Source: Laetmonice hystrix (lineage: Eukaryota). Taken from it: a stretch of DNA of 64,000 nucleotides. Below, piece after piece: positions 63,018 through 64,000 of this stretch; positions within the stretch are counted from its first letter, which is position 1; each line of letters starts with the position of its first letter. The notes under the pieces were generated by a model. It was not told where the DNA came from, did not search any database, and saw only the letters and a list, made by a program, of their open reading frames with translations. Location of the stretch: positions 16,864,001 to 16,928,000 of the forward strand of contig OZ249440.1 in the NCBI GenBank assembly GCA_965235115.1, given 5' to 3'. Made by a program: the position numbers and the translations under genes.

Positions 63018-64000
63018 CTGGAAAACACATAGGCATACCTGCTTCAATATAACATACACCTACCCCGCCACTCTCACAGGCCGGTGTCGCGTTCTCAAAT
63101 TTCCGAGTTCCGCGCATTGATTCGGCGCTTGCGCGAGAGGAATACATAATACTGCTGTCATGATCAAATAAATAAATTAACAAATTGATTGATCTCATGG
63201 GGAAAGTTTTTCTACAATGGTGGAACCCTCAGAATTATCACACTGGCCCGTTATACGAACGAACCACACAAGAAGTGGCAGTGGTGCCATAGTTACCGCA
63301 CCAACCTGGGCACAGAAACCGACCAGGTCCAAGCTTCATCTACAAAATCATTTCTTCACGGGCAATGTACAGCCTAGGCATAATAACTCAACTCTCCGCA
63401 TGTACTCCAAATTAAGCTGATTTATCGGCATCGCTTATTATTCTACTCAAGGCCTGATAAAAGACTAACACAGCCATCTTCTCCACTTAACAATGGTAAC
63501 GAACACAATCAAAACGACGATGTCACAATCACGGGAACGATATTTGATAAAAGAAACCAAACTAGCACTTAAGGACAACGTGAACTTTCAAATCATCAGT
63601 TTAAACCTAAATAAGTGCAAGCCAACGAGATAGTGTATTCACTAATACGCTGTTGCACCACATTTCTCAATTATGAAAACTGCTCAGTGCTTGAAACTCA
63701 ATTTGACACAAATCCTGAGGCCACCATTATAACGGTATAAATATCTTTCTTTTTTTTTTTGAAAACAGAGGTTGTTTCTGGTTCTAACATGAAACACCCA
63801 TAAAAAGTTCTTTCTGGAGTTGTTCGCCATCAGGCACGAGTCGGGCCTATTAACCCTATGCTTCATGCCTCATTTATCTCAGGAATAATCTGCTAGAAGC
63901 GCTATGCAATCAGGCCCTCTGACACGACACACATGGGACTACTTCTGACCAAAGAACCGTTTCCAACCCTCTCCCGGAGAGCTTTCCCACTCCCGTATGT

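Noticed and set aside
11912-64000. CPEB3-type HDV-like self-cleaving ribozyme in an intron
   Set aside because: I scanned both strands by eye for P3-L3-P3 (NNN-UUCNCGY/UCCUCGY-NNN) and CCUGUCAG; no candidate had matching P1 and P2. The mammalian ribozyme lies in an upstream intron that would be beyond 64000. An Infernal/RNArobo search of this and the next window would settle it.

Overview
Eukaryotic (animal) genomic DNA with one 145-N gap (34432-34576). It holds the 3' two-thirds of one gene on the minus strand: a CPEB2/3/4-class (Drosophila Orb2-like) cytoplasmic polyadenylation element-binding protein. Six GT-AG coding exons (63017-62838, 47493-47404, 26550-26432, 25950-25836, 16439-16258, 11911-11684) splice in frame to 303 codons plus stop, covering RRM1, RRM2 and the C6H2 ZZ/B-box domain. 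The N-terminal exons lie beyond 64000. The C-terminus (...PFRWC*) and seed sites for protostome miRNAs suggest a protostome, possibly a lophotrochozoan (inference only). Introns (0.5-21 kb) carry decayed RTE/CR1-type LINE fragments, a probable MetaSINE, MITE-like hairpins and minisatellites. The most interesting signals are non-coding. A probable ~5 kb 3'UTR has eleven 8mer sites for conserved miRNAs, many CPEs and a G-quadruplex. It is bracketed by two divergent CTCF-motif doublets, each with 20-bp spacing, which could also pair as a 15-bp RNA helix. Other signals are a perfect alternative 5' splice site that would make an NMD isoform, an intronic minisatellite of tandem 5' splice sites, and a hammerhead-like relic. 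I found no intact CPEB3-type HDV ribozyme. All motif calls were made by eye.
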